Part shown: positions 25,085-32,000 of the stretch, in pieces
Layout: every line of letters begins with the position of its first letter
Position numbering within the stretch: the stretch's first letter is position 1
DNA from: Candidatus Binatia bacterium
GTDB lineage: Bacteria; Desulfobacterota; Binatia; UBA9968
DNA length: 32,000 bases
NCBI GenBank assembly: GCA_041483675.1
Contig: JBGPGE010000030.1
Location: 1 to 32,000, forward strand
Reading direction: 5' to 3'
Translations under genes and position numbers: made by a program
The notes under the pieces: generated by a model
Database searches by the model: none
Told to the model about the DNA's origin: nothing
The model's input: only the letters and a program-made list of their open reading frames with translations

Positions 25085-25669
25085 ATGATCGGCAAACTCA
25101 GCGGCACCCTCACGGACAAGGCCCCCACGGAAATCACCATCGACGTCGGCGGCGTCGGCTACCAGATTTTTATTCCGCTGAGCGTTTTTTACCGCCTGCC
25201 CGACCTCGGGGCGCGAGTCAGCCTCTACACGCACACTCACGTTCGCGAAGACGCGCTGCAGCTCTTCGGCTTTCTCGGGCCGGAGGAAAAGCAGGTCTTT
25301 CTGCTGCTGAACGGCGTCTCCGGCATCGGGCCGAAGCTGGCGGTCAATATCCTCTCCGGCATCCCGGCGGAGGATCTCGCCAAGGCGCTGAGAGAGGGCG
25401 ACCAGCCGCGGCTCCTCTCCATTCCCGGCGTGGGGAGGAAACTCGCCGAGCGCATGATCGTCGAATTGCGCGACAAGTTTCTCTCGCTGCCGGCGGCGGA
25501 AATCGCGCAGCGGGACGGCACGCAGTTGACGCGGGACGCGGTGTCGGCGCTGGTCAACCTGGGCTATCGCCGGGCCGACGCGGAAAAGAGCGTGCGCGAA
25601 ATCGCGCGCAACGGCGAGGGCAGCCTGGGAGAGGTGCTGAAAGAGGCGCTCCGCAGGCTCAGTCAATGA
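25085..25669 (+). CDS. ruvA: Holliday junction DNA helicase subunit RuvA
   Basis: MIGKLSGTL..IDVGGVGYQIFIP.., then ..REDALQLFGF.. and the HhH motif GVSGIGPKLA. Confidence 0.95.
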   Translation: MIGKLSGTLTDKAPTEITIDVGGVGYQIFIPLSVFYRLPDLGARVSLYTHTHVREDALQLFGFLGPEEKQVFLLLNGVSGIGPKLAVNILSGIPAEDLAKALREGDQPRLLSIPGVGRKLAERMIVELRDKFLSLPAAEIAQRDGTQLTRDAVSALVNLGYRRADAEKSVREIARNGEGSLGEVLKEALRRLSQ

Positions 25670-25753
25670 AAAATGTAAATTGCAAAATGAAAAATGAAAA
25701 GTGAAGATTTAAAATTTGCAATTTGCATTTTACACTTTGCATTTTGCACTTGG
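25666..25753. repeat. AT-rich hairpin with 7-nt periodic arms (tgcaaaa family)
   Basis: One arm reads tgcaaaa/tgaaaaa/tgaaaag and faces tttgcaa/tttgcat/tttacac/tttgcat/tttgcac. It fills the ruvA-ruvB spacer. Confidence 0.65.
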
Positions 25754-25761
25754 CCTTAACT

Positions 25762-26787
25762 ATGGACCCCCAGCAAATCACGCCCAAGCAGACCGACGAG
25801 GACCTCAGTTACGAGGTCAATCTCCGGCCGCGCGGCTTCGACGAATACGTCGGCCAGGAGCAGGTCAAGGAGAATCTCAAAGTCGCCATCGCCGCGGCGC
25901 GCGGGCGTAACGACGTGCTCGACCATATTCTCTTTCATGGCCCGCCGGGGCTGGGAAAAACCTCGCTCGCCTATATCATCGCGCGCGAGATGGGCGTCAA
26001 CATCAAGGCGACCTCCGGTCCGGTCGTGGAGCGCGCCGGAGATCTTGCGGCGTTGCTGACCAACCTGGAAGAGGGGGACATCCTCTTCATCGACGAGATC
26101 CACCGGCTCAACCACGTGGTCGAAGAGGTCCTCTACCCCGCGATGGAAGATTACCAGATCGATCTCATGATCGGCCAGGGGCCGTCGGCGCGGTCGATCA
26201 AGCTCGATCTTAAACGGTTCACGCTGGTAGGCGCGACCACGCGCTCCGGACTTCTCACCTCGCCGCTGCGCAACCGCTTTGGAGCGACCTTCCGTCTGGA
26301 CTTCTATTCGACCGAAGCGCTGGCACAGATTCTTACCCGCTCGGCTGCCATCCTCGCCGTGGCCGGAGATCGGGAGGGGCTGGCGGAGATTGCCCGGCGG
26401 TCGCGCGGCACGCCCCGGATCGCCAACCGGCTGCTGCGCCGCGTGCGGGACTACGCGCAGGTGAAAGCCAGCGGCCGGATCACCAAAACAGTTACGGAAG
26501 AGGCGCTCAAGATGCTCGAAGTGGACCCGATGGGGTTCGACAAGATGGACACGTTGCTGCTGCTCACGCTGATCGATAAGTTTGCCGGCGGTCCGGTGGG
26601 GGTGGAGACGCTCGCGGCGGCTATCGGCGAGGAGAAGGACACGATCGAGGATGTCTACGAGCCGTTTCTAATTCAGGCGGGTTTTCTCAACCGCACCTCG
26701 CGCGGCCGGGTGGCGACGCCGCTCGCCTATGAGCACTTCGGCCGCAAGCCGGGAGAGACGCCTAAGAAACAGCCGACGCTGTTTTGA
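25762..26787 (+). CDS. ruvB: Holliday junction DNA helicase RuvB
   Basis: I used ATG 25762, because the track start at 25723 reads through the repeat. [13 protein letters not shown].., the Walker A motif ..[11 protein letters not shown].., ..LFIDEIHRL.. and ..[16 protein letters not shown].. are present. Confidence 0.95.
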   Translation: MDPQQITPKQTDEDLSYEVNLRPRGFDEYVGQEQVKENLKVAIAAARGRNDVLDHILFHGPPGLGKTSLAYIIAREMGVNIKATSGPVVERAGDLAALLTNLEEGDILFIDEIHRLNHVVEEVLYPAMEDYQIDLMIGQGPSARSIKLDLKRFTLVGATTRSGLLTSPLRNRFGATFRLDFYSTEALAQILTRSAAILAVAGDREGLAEIARRSRGTPRIANRLLRRVRDYAQVKASGRITKTVTEEALKMLEVDPMGFDKMDTLLLLTLIDKFAGGPVGVETLAAAIGEEKDTIEDVYEPFLIQAGFLNRTSRGRVATPLAYEHFGRKPGETPKKQPTLF

Positions 26788-26814
26788 AAGCCGTTCAAGA
26801 GTTCGAAGGCTCAA

Positions 26815-26925
26815 GGGAGAAAACGCAATGCAAATTGCAAAATGAAAACTGCAAAATGCAAAATCGAAGAAGGCCGGGATCTTAACTTTTGCAATTTTCA
26901 TTTTCCATTTTTCATTTTGCGGTTC
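26815..26925. repeat. AT-rich hairpin with 7-nt periodic arms (tgcaaaa family)
   Basis: One arm reads tgcaaat/tgcaaaa/tgaaaac/tgcaaaa/tgcaaaa. After the loop ..ggccgggatc.. the other arm reads cttttgc/aattttc/attttcc/atttttc/attttgc. Confidence 0.65.
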
Positions 26926-26977
26926 CCTTTCTATTTTCCCCTGGCAACCTGCCTCCTTATCAGCGCAATCTTAACCC

Positions 26978-27006
26978 TTGTTCTTTACCTGTTTCGACGG
27001 TAAAAT
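26978..27006 (+). promoter_or_regulatory. possible sigma70-like promoter of the kinase/REC-LpxC operon
   Basis: TTGTTC-N17-TAAAAT lies about 30 nt upstream of the first candidate start (TTG 27035). Confidence 0.3.
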
Positions 27007-27034
27007 CGCATAGTTTCACTAAGGCGGCGCCGAG

Positions 27035-29281
27035 TTGCGCCGCTGCAGGGTATTTTCGTTGGACACGGATACGAATATAGAAGACAGCCTCAGGCTTGAA
27101 GAGGCGAAGCGGAGAAAGCGAGAGGGGATCGTGATCCTCATCACCACCCTGATGGTGGTGCTCTTTGCCTTTTTCGAGGCCGATCTTCCGGAAAGCCCGA
27201 CCGACAGCTCCCTCACCAAAAACATCGGCTTCTTTCTGCTGGTCAACATCAACATCATCCTGCTCGTCCTGCTCATCTTTCTCGTTGTCCGCAATCTGGT
27301 AAAACTCATCTTCGAGCGGAAAAAACGCATCCTCGGCTCCCGGCTCCGCGTCCGGCTGGTGATCGCGTTCGTGTCGCTGTCGCTGGTTCCGACGCTGCTG
27401 CTGTTTGTGATCGCAGGGGGCATTGTGACGCGCTCGTTCGACCGGTGGTTCGACGTGCAGGTCGAAAACGCGCTGCAAGGGTCGTTGGAGATCGGGCAAG
27501 CGTACTATCAAAACTCGGCGAACAACGCCCTCTTCTACGCGCGCCAGCTAAGCCGGCGGCTGACCGAGGAGCGGCTGCTGGATTTCCGCAAGACGTCGGA
27601 CCTGAAGGAATTTATCCAGTCGAAGCAGAAGGAGTACAACCTCGGAACCATCGAAATATTTTCTTCCAACCAGCAGCTTCAAGTCGTGGCGTTCAATGAG
27701 CAGGTGCCGACCGGTGTCACGATCAAGCCCGACGGCGACTTCCTCACGCGGGCGCTCAGAGGGCTGGAGGTGACCACCACGCAGCCGTTCGGCGAAGGAG
27801 ACATCATTCGCGGCGGCGTGCCGGTTTACAGTGCCGACCGGAGAATCCTCGGCGTGGTCGTCGTCGATTACTTCGTGCCGAAGAGCATCACCAGCCGCGC
27901 CCTGGAGATATCGCGCTCCTATGAGCAGTACAAGCATCTCACGGCCCTCAAGAAGCCGATCAAAAACACCTATATTCTGACTCTGCTTCTTATCACCCTG
28001 GTCATTATCTTTTCCGCGACCTGGTTCGGGCTCTATCTCGCGAAAGGCATCACCGTGCCGATTCAACGACTGGCGGAGGGAACCCACGAGGTGGCGCACG
28101 GGAACTGGGACTACCGGATCGAGGCGAGCGGCGACGACGAGATCGGGACACTGGTCGATTCTTTCAACCAGATGACGCGGGACCTGAAACAGATCAACGC
28201 GGAGGTCGTGCGTAGAGGGCGCTACATGGAGACGTTGCTGGCCAACATCACCGCGGGCGTCATCTCGATCGATCCCGCGGGCGGAATCACGACGATGAAC
28301 AAAGAGGCCGCCCAGATGCTGGGTGTCAAGGCCGAGGAGGCGCTCGGAAAAAGTTACGGCGAGGTGTTTCAGCCGGAGCACCTCCGCGTGATGAGCGAGA
28401 TCATGGAGCAGGTCAAGGCGGGCGCCAGCGTGGAGCGCGAGGTCAGGATCCCGCTCCCCGACCAGATCCTCACGGCGATGGTGTCGGCGGCGACGTTGCG
28501 GGGGGAGGAAGACAATATCCTCGGCGTCATGGTTTTTCTCGAAGACATTACCCAGATCCAGAAGGTCCAGCGGATGGAGGCCTGGCGCGAGGTCGCGCGC
28601 CGCATCGCCCACGAGATCAAGAATCCGCTGACGCCGATCCAGCTCTCGGCGGAGCGGCTGCGCCGGCGCTACGCGAAGCTCCTGGACGGGGACGGAGCGA
28701 TTCTCGACAAATGCACCTCGACGATCATCAAGCAGGTGGAGGAGTTGAAAAACCTGGTCAACGAGTTTTCCCAGTTCGCGCGCCTGCCCGCGGCGGAGCC
28801 GAGTCCGAACGATCTCAACGAGATCGTGAAGGAGGCGCTTTTTCTCTTCAAGGAAGGCCACAAGGGAATCAACTTTCAGTTTCAGCAGCGCGAGTTGCCG
28901 TTGGTCGAGCTAGACCGCGACCAGATGAAGCGGGTGTTGATCAACCTGCTCGACAACGCGGTGGCCGCGGTGGGCGAGAAGGGGGAGATCAAGATATCGA
29001 CCTCGGTGAACCCCGTGTCGGGAGTGGTGTTGCTGGAGGTGGCCGACGACGGCAGCGGCCTGGCGCCGGAAGTGCGGGCAAGGATTTTCGAGCCCTATTT
29101 TTCGACCAAAAAGGAAGGGACCGGGCTCGGCCTGGCCATTGTGAGCGCCATCGTGGCCGACCACCGCGGCCATATCCGCGTGCGTCCCAACGAGCCGAAG
29201 GGAACCCGGTTCATCATCGAGCTGCCCGTGCGCGAGTACGCGAGCGTCGAGGACCGCAAGCGGAAAGCCGTTTATTCGTAA
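27035..29281 (+). CDS. ntrY: NtrY-like sensor histidine kinase (multi-TM, HAMP, PAS, HisKA, HATPase_c)
   Basis: There are three N-terminal TM segments, a ~170-aa extracytoplasmic region and a fourth TM. HAMP follows (PIQRLAEGTHEVAHGNWDYRI..DEIGTLVDSFNQM), then PAS (AGVISIDPAGGITTMNKEAAQMLG). The H-box RRIAHEIKNPLTPIQLSAERLRR is NtrY-type. The N and G boxes are NLLDNAV and DDGSGL..GTGLGLAIV. The start codon is uncertain (TTG 27035, TTG 27059 or GTG 27130). Confidence 0.85.
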   Translation: MRRCRVFSLDTDTNIEDSLRLEEAKRRKREGIVILITTLMVVLFAFFEADLPESPTDSSLTKNIGFFLLVNINIILLVLLIFLVVRNLVKLIFERKKRILGSRLRVRLVIAFVSLSLVPTLLLFVIAGGIVTRSFDRWFDVQVENALQGSLEIGQAYYQNSANNALFYARQLSRRLTEERLLDFRKTSDLKEFIQSKQKEYNLGTIEIFSSNQQLQVVAFNEQVPTGVTIKPDGDFLTRALRGLEVTTTQPFGEGDIIRGGVPVYSADRRILGVVVVDYFVPKSITSRALEISRSYEQYKHLTALKKPIKNTYILTLLLITLVIIFSATWFGLYLAKGITVPIQRLAEGTHEVAHGNWDYRIEASGDDEIGTLVDSFNQMTRDLKQINAEVVRRGRYMETLLANITAGVISIDPAGGITTMNKEAAQMLGVKAEEALGKSYGEVFQPEHLRVMSEIMEQVKAGASVEREVRIPLPDQILTAMVSAATLRGEEDNILGVMVFLEDITQIQKVQRMEAWREVARRIAHEIKNPLTPIQLSAERLRRRYAKLLDGDGAILDKCTSTIIKQVEELKNLVNEFSQFARLPAAEPSPNDLNEIVKEALFLFKEGHKGINFQFQQRELPLVELDRDQMKRVLINLLDNAVAAVGEKGEIKISTSVNPVSGVVLLEVADDGSGLAPEVRARIFEPYFSTKKEGTGLGLAIVSAIVADHRGHIRVRPNEPKGTRFIIELPVREYASVEDRKRKAVYS

Positions 29282-29308
29282 GCTTGGACGTGACAACCTG
29301 GAGATAGG

Positions 29309-30598
29309 GTGAAAGGTAACGACAAAACAATCCTCGTGGTGGACGACGAGGCCGGTGTCCGCGAGTCGATTCGGGAGAGTCTCACCGACGAGGGCTATCG
29401 GGTCATCGACACGGCCGACGGGAGACGCGTCCTTGAGCTGATCCGCAGCGAGCGTCCGCGGCTGGTGCTGCTCGACATCTGGATGCCCGAAGTGGACGGG
29501 ATCGGGCTGCTCAAAGAGATCAAGAAGGCGGAGCCGGAGGTGCATGTCGTCATGATCTCCGGCCACGGCAACATCCACACCGCCGTGACGGCGACCAAGC
29601 TGGGAGCGTTCGACTTCATCGAAAAACCGTTGTCGTTAGAGGGGCTGCTGGTGACCGTGCGTCGCGCTCTGGGCGAGGCTGTATCCGTCAGGGGGAACGG
29701 CAGCAAGTTAAAGGCGGTGAAGGCGAGGCGGTCTCGTCAGGGATCGTTGTTGCAGCCCGATGCGGCGGGAGAGCTCAGACAAAAAACGCTCAAGAAGAGC
29801 GTGGTTTTTTCGGGGCAGGGTCTCCATTCCGGAATCAAGACGGGCGTGGTGCTTCATCCCATGCCGCCCAACAGCGGCATTGTTTTCAGCGGCATCTCCG
29901 CCGACGCCACGGTTCCGGCGCGCCTGGATTACGTCGCCTCGACCGGCTACGCGACCTCGCTCAGCGGCAAGGGATTTGTCGTCGGCACCGTCGAGCATTT
30001 TCTGGCCGTCCTGCACAGCTACGGCATCGGCAATCTGCTCGTCAAAATGCAGGGCGAGATCCCGATCATGGACGGCTCCGCGATCGAGTTCTGCCGCTTG
30101 ATCGAGGAGGCCGGCATCGAAGAGCAGGACGAGGAGTGGTCCGAGATCGTGATCGATCGCGCCTATTCGGTCGGCGACCATACCGGCGAATCTATTCGCG
30201 TGGAACCGGCCGCGACGTTCGGTGTGCGCTACATCCTGAACTATCCCCCGCCGGTGGGGATGCAGGAGCACACGTATATGTCTCACGGGCCCGAGTTCTT
30301 CAAAGAAGAGATCGCGCCGGCGCGGACGTTCGGTTTTCTCAAGGACATCGAGCAGCTGGAAAAGCTCGGGCTGGTGAACGGGGGAAGGCTGAGCAATTGC
30401 ATCTTGATCGACAACGACCGTGTCATCAACACCGATCTACGCTTCCCCGACGAGTTCGCCCGCCACAAGATTCTCGACATCATCGGCGACTTCTATCTGC
30501 TGGGCCGTCCGATCCGCGGCATGGTCACGGCCCGCATGACCGGCCACACGGACAATATCGCTCTGCTCAGGGAAGTCAGAAAAGGCATGGGGATCTAA
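29309..30598 (+). CDS. lpxC: fusion protein: response-regulator receiver domain + UDP-3-O-acyl-N-acetylglucosamine deacetylase
   Basis: A single 429-aa frame with GTG 29309 after GGAGAT. Residues 1-122 form the REC domain (DD12-13, D56 in VLLDIWMP, S84 in MISGHG, K106 in IEKP). Residues ~157-429 form LpxC, aligning by eye to E. coli LpxC from RQKTLKK (KQRTLKR). It retains GLHSG, TVEHF, IPIMDGSA, ARTFGF, EFARHKILDIIGDF and TGHTDN. Confidence 0.85.
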   Translation: MKGNDKTILVVDDEAGVRESIRESLTDEGYRVIDTADGRRVLELIRSERPRLVLLDIWMPEVDGIGLLKEIKKAEPEVHVVMISGHGNIHTAVTATKLGAFDFIEKPLSLEGLLVTVRRALGEAVSVRGNGSKLKAVKARRSRQGSLLQPDAAGELRQKTLKKSVVFSGQGLHSGIKTGVVLHPMPPNSGIVFSGISADATVPARLDYVASTGYATSLSGKGFVVGTVEHFLAVLHSYGIGNLLVKMQGEIPIMDGSAIEFCRLIEEAGIEEQDEEWSEIVIDRAYSVGDHTGESIRVEPAATFGVRYILNYPPPVGMQEHTYMSHGPEFFKEEIAPARTFGFLKDIEQLEKLGLVNGGRLSNCILIDNDRVINTDLRFPDEFARHKILDIIGDFYLLGRPIRGMVTARMTGHTDNIALLREVRKGMGI

Positions 30599-30605
30599 AG
30601 TACGA

Positions 30606-30688
30606 CGCAGTGCAAAATGCAAAGTGCAAATTTTAAAGTGCAGAAAGGGAAGCGGGAGGCAATTTTGACTTTTGCATTTTGCAGTTTT
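30606..30688. repeat. AT-rich hairpin with 7-nt periodic arms (tgcaaaa family)
   Basis: One arm reads tgcaaaa/tgcaaag/tgcaaat/tttaaag/tgcagaa. After the loop ..gggaagcgggagg.. the other arm reads attttga/cttttgc/attttgc/agttttc. Confidence 0.65.
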
Positions 30689-30737
30689 CATGGTTCGATC
30701 TTCCTCACCATGACCCTGAGCGTAAGTCGAATGGGTC
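30689..30737 (+). mobile_element. solo copy of the ~48-nt miniature element
   Basis: The sequence catggttcgatcttcctcaccatgaccctgagcgtaagtcgaatgggtc matches 18329..18376 apart from a few substitutions. Confidence 0.55.
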
Positions 30738-30758
30738 ATTTTGCAATGTATTAGACTA

Positions 30759-31205
30759 ATGGGTTCTTCACAGCAATTTCCCCGGCTCTTTACGGTCAAC
30801 GAGGCGAACGATCTGCTGCCGGAGTTGCGGCCGCTGATCCAGCGCGTATCTCATCACCTGGAGGGGTTGCGGGCGAAGAGCGAGACGGTGATTCGTGGCG
30901 AGCGGCTCTCGCCGGACAGCCCGGAGCTGATGAGGCGACTGCAAGAAGACACGGCGATCGCACGCATGATCCTCGAAGTCAAAGGGCTGGTGGAAGAGAT
31001 CAACAGCTACGGCTGCGTGTGCAAAGGGATCGAGGACGGGCTGGTCGATTTTCCCTGCCTGCTCGGCGGCGAGATCGTCTTTCTCTGCTGGCGCTACGAC
31101 GAGGAAAGCGTGGCCCACTGGCACCGCATCGAAGACGGCTTCGCCGGACGCAAGGCGCTGCTGGAGGCCGACGACGACAGCGGCGGCAACGTCTCGTACC
31201 ACTAA
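30759..31205 (+). CDS. DUF2203 domain protein
   Basis: I used ATG 30759. LFTVNEANDLLPELRPLI.., ..CKGIEDGLVDFP..GEIVFLCWRYDEESVAHWH..DGFAGRK match my memory of the DUF2203 pattern. Confidence 0.8.
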   Translation: MGSSQQFPRLFTVNEANDLLPELRPLIQRVSHHLEGLRAKSETVIRGERLSPDSPELMRRLQEDTAIARMILEVKGLVEEINSYGCVCKGIEDGLVDFPCLLGGEIVFLCWRYDEESVAHWHRIEDGFAGRKALLEADDDSGGNVSYH

Positions 31206-31233
31206 CAGGCCGGTGAAAAAGGCTCATCTCTAC

Positions 31234-31312
31234 GGAGTGGAGTAATGGAGTGATGGGGTAATGCATTTAGAACCCAATACTCCAATACTCCCATACTCAA
31301 ACACCTCACTCC
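31234..31312. repeat. hairpin-type repeat with 8-nt periodic arms (GC-richer variant)
   Basis: One arm reads agtaatgg/agtgatgg/ggtaatgc and faces aatactcc/aatactcc/catactca. The arms are complementary in motif, but pairing was not verified by folding. Confidence 0.45.
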
Positions 31313-32000
31313 GCCGGGCCGATCTTTCAGCGCAAATCAAAGAAGAGGCGCAGAGGTTGGGCTTCGCGCTGGTTGGCATCTCGCCGGTGAAGCTTGCTTC
31401 GCACGAGGAGTCTTTCGCTCAGTGGCTGAGAAAAGGGCTGGGTGGCGAGCTGGGCTACATGCAGCGCACGGAGGAGCTGCGCCGCGATCCGAAAAAGCTC
31501 GTTCCCTGGGCGGTTTCCGTGATCTCAGTGGGGATGAACTATCTCACGCCGTTGCCGAGACCTGAGAGTCCCGAAGAGACACAAGGTTGGATCTCGCGCT
31601 ACGCGTGGGGCGATGACTATCACGACGTTGTCAAACAAAAGCTCGATCTGTTGCTGGAGAAAATCAGGGAGCTTTATCCGAACTCTGTCGAGGGGCGGGC
31701 GTTCGTCGATTCGGGGCCCGTCCTAGAGAGAGGCATCGCGGGCGTCGCCGGTATCGGCTGGATCGGCAAAAACACTCAGCTCATCTCGCCGCGCAAAGGC
31801 TCGTGGTTTTTTCTCGGCGAGCTGTTTCTCAGCATCGAATTGGCGTACGACCGTCCCATCAAGGACCGCTGCGGCAAGTGCGATCTCTGTCTCAAAGCCT
31901 GCCCCACCGGCGCCTTCGTCGGCCCGTACGTGCTCGATGCGCGCCGTTGCATCTCGTACTTAACGATTGAACTCAAAGGCCCCATCCCGCGCCACTTGCG
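31261..32000 (+). CDS. queG: epoxyqueuosine reductase QueG (3'-truncated by window end)
   Basis: The frame is open from ATG 31261 to the window edge, so it is not in the ORF track. ..IKEEAQRLGFALVGISP.., ..WISRYAWGDDYH.., ..VDSGPVLERGIAGVAGIGWIGKNTQLI.. and the 4Fe-4S motif ..CGKCDLCLKACPTGA.. are present. Confidence 0.85.
   Translation, partial: MHLEPNTPILPYSNTSLRRADLSAQIKEEAQRLGFALVGISPVKLASHEESFAQWLRKGLGGELGYMQRTEELRRDPKKLVPWAVSVISVGMNYLTPLPRPESPEETQGWISRYAWGDDYHDVVKQKLDLLLEKIRELYPNSVEGRAFVDSGPVLERGIAGVAGIGWIGKNTQLISPRKGSWFFLGELFLSIELAYDRPIKDRCGKCDLCLKACPTGAFVGPYVLDARRCISYLTIELKGPIPRHL

Noticed and set aside
24596-25666. 356-aa minus-strand ORF opposite ruvC/ruvA
   Set aside because: It is antisense to canonical ruvC and ruvA, so it is a GC-rich shadow ORF.
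25666-26925. CRISPR array interpretation of the periodic tgcaaaa repeats
   Set aside because: The period is 7-8 nt with no spacers, the arms are mutually complementary, and no cas genes are present. These are hairpin or microsatellite-like elements, not CRISPR.
26941-26956. sigma54-like TGGCA motif (ctggcaacctgcctcc) upstream of the kinase
   Set aside because: The downstream element does not match TTGC at the required 5-nt spacing. A sigma70-like TTGTTC-N17-TAAAAT fits better and is itself only tentative.
27548-28861. 437-aa minus-strand ORF opposite the histidine kinase (also 21659..22768 opposite the lipoprotein and 9862..10716 opposite leuB)
   Set aside because: For the same reason: the sense-strand genes have strong domain motifs and these ORFs do not.

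Overview
GC-rich bacterial chromosomal window. The core is housekeeping: ilvC-psd-pssA-leuA-leuB-asd (an order known from Geobacter-type deltaproteobacteria), then rlpA, yebC-ruvC-ruvA-ruvB, and queG at the right edge. Three accessory patches and many intergenic hairpin or MITE-like repeats interrupt it. (1) In 1..5100, a decayed toxin-antitoxin stretch sits next to two TerC paralogues. A perfect 91-bp direct repeat (3' half of tRNA-Glu plus 41 nt) brackets a 2.15-kb TerC+vapBC unit that has no integrase. (2) In 11925..14347, the last 64-82 nt of asd occur three times in direct orientation and delimit two tiny islets. One islet carries a nucleotidyltransferase pair and the other a small antitoxin-like gene. 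An AT-richer orphan gene follows. (3) In 18181..21405, two copies of a composite repeat flank an MBL hydrolase, vapBC and a second MBL hydrolase. The most unusual locus is 27035..30598. There an NtrY-type sensor kinase is followed 28 nt later by a single ORF that fuses an NtrX/NtrC-type receiver domain to a full-length LpxC with apparently intact catalytic residues. This suggests two-component control of the committed step of lipid A synthesis. All calls rest on reading the sequence and the ORF track and on remembered family motifs. No database search or RNA folding was run.
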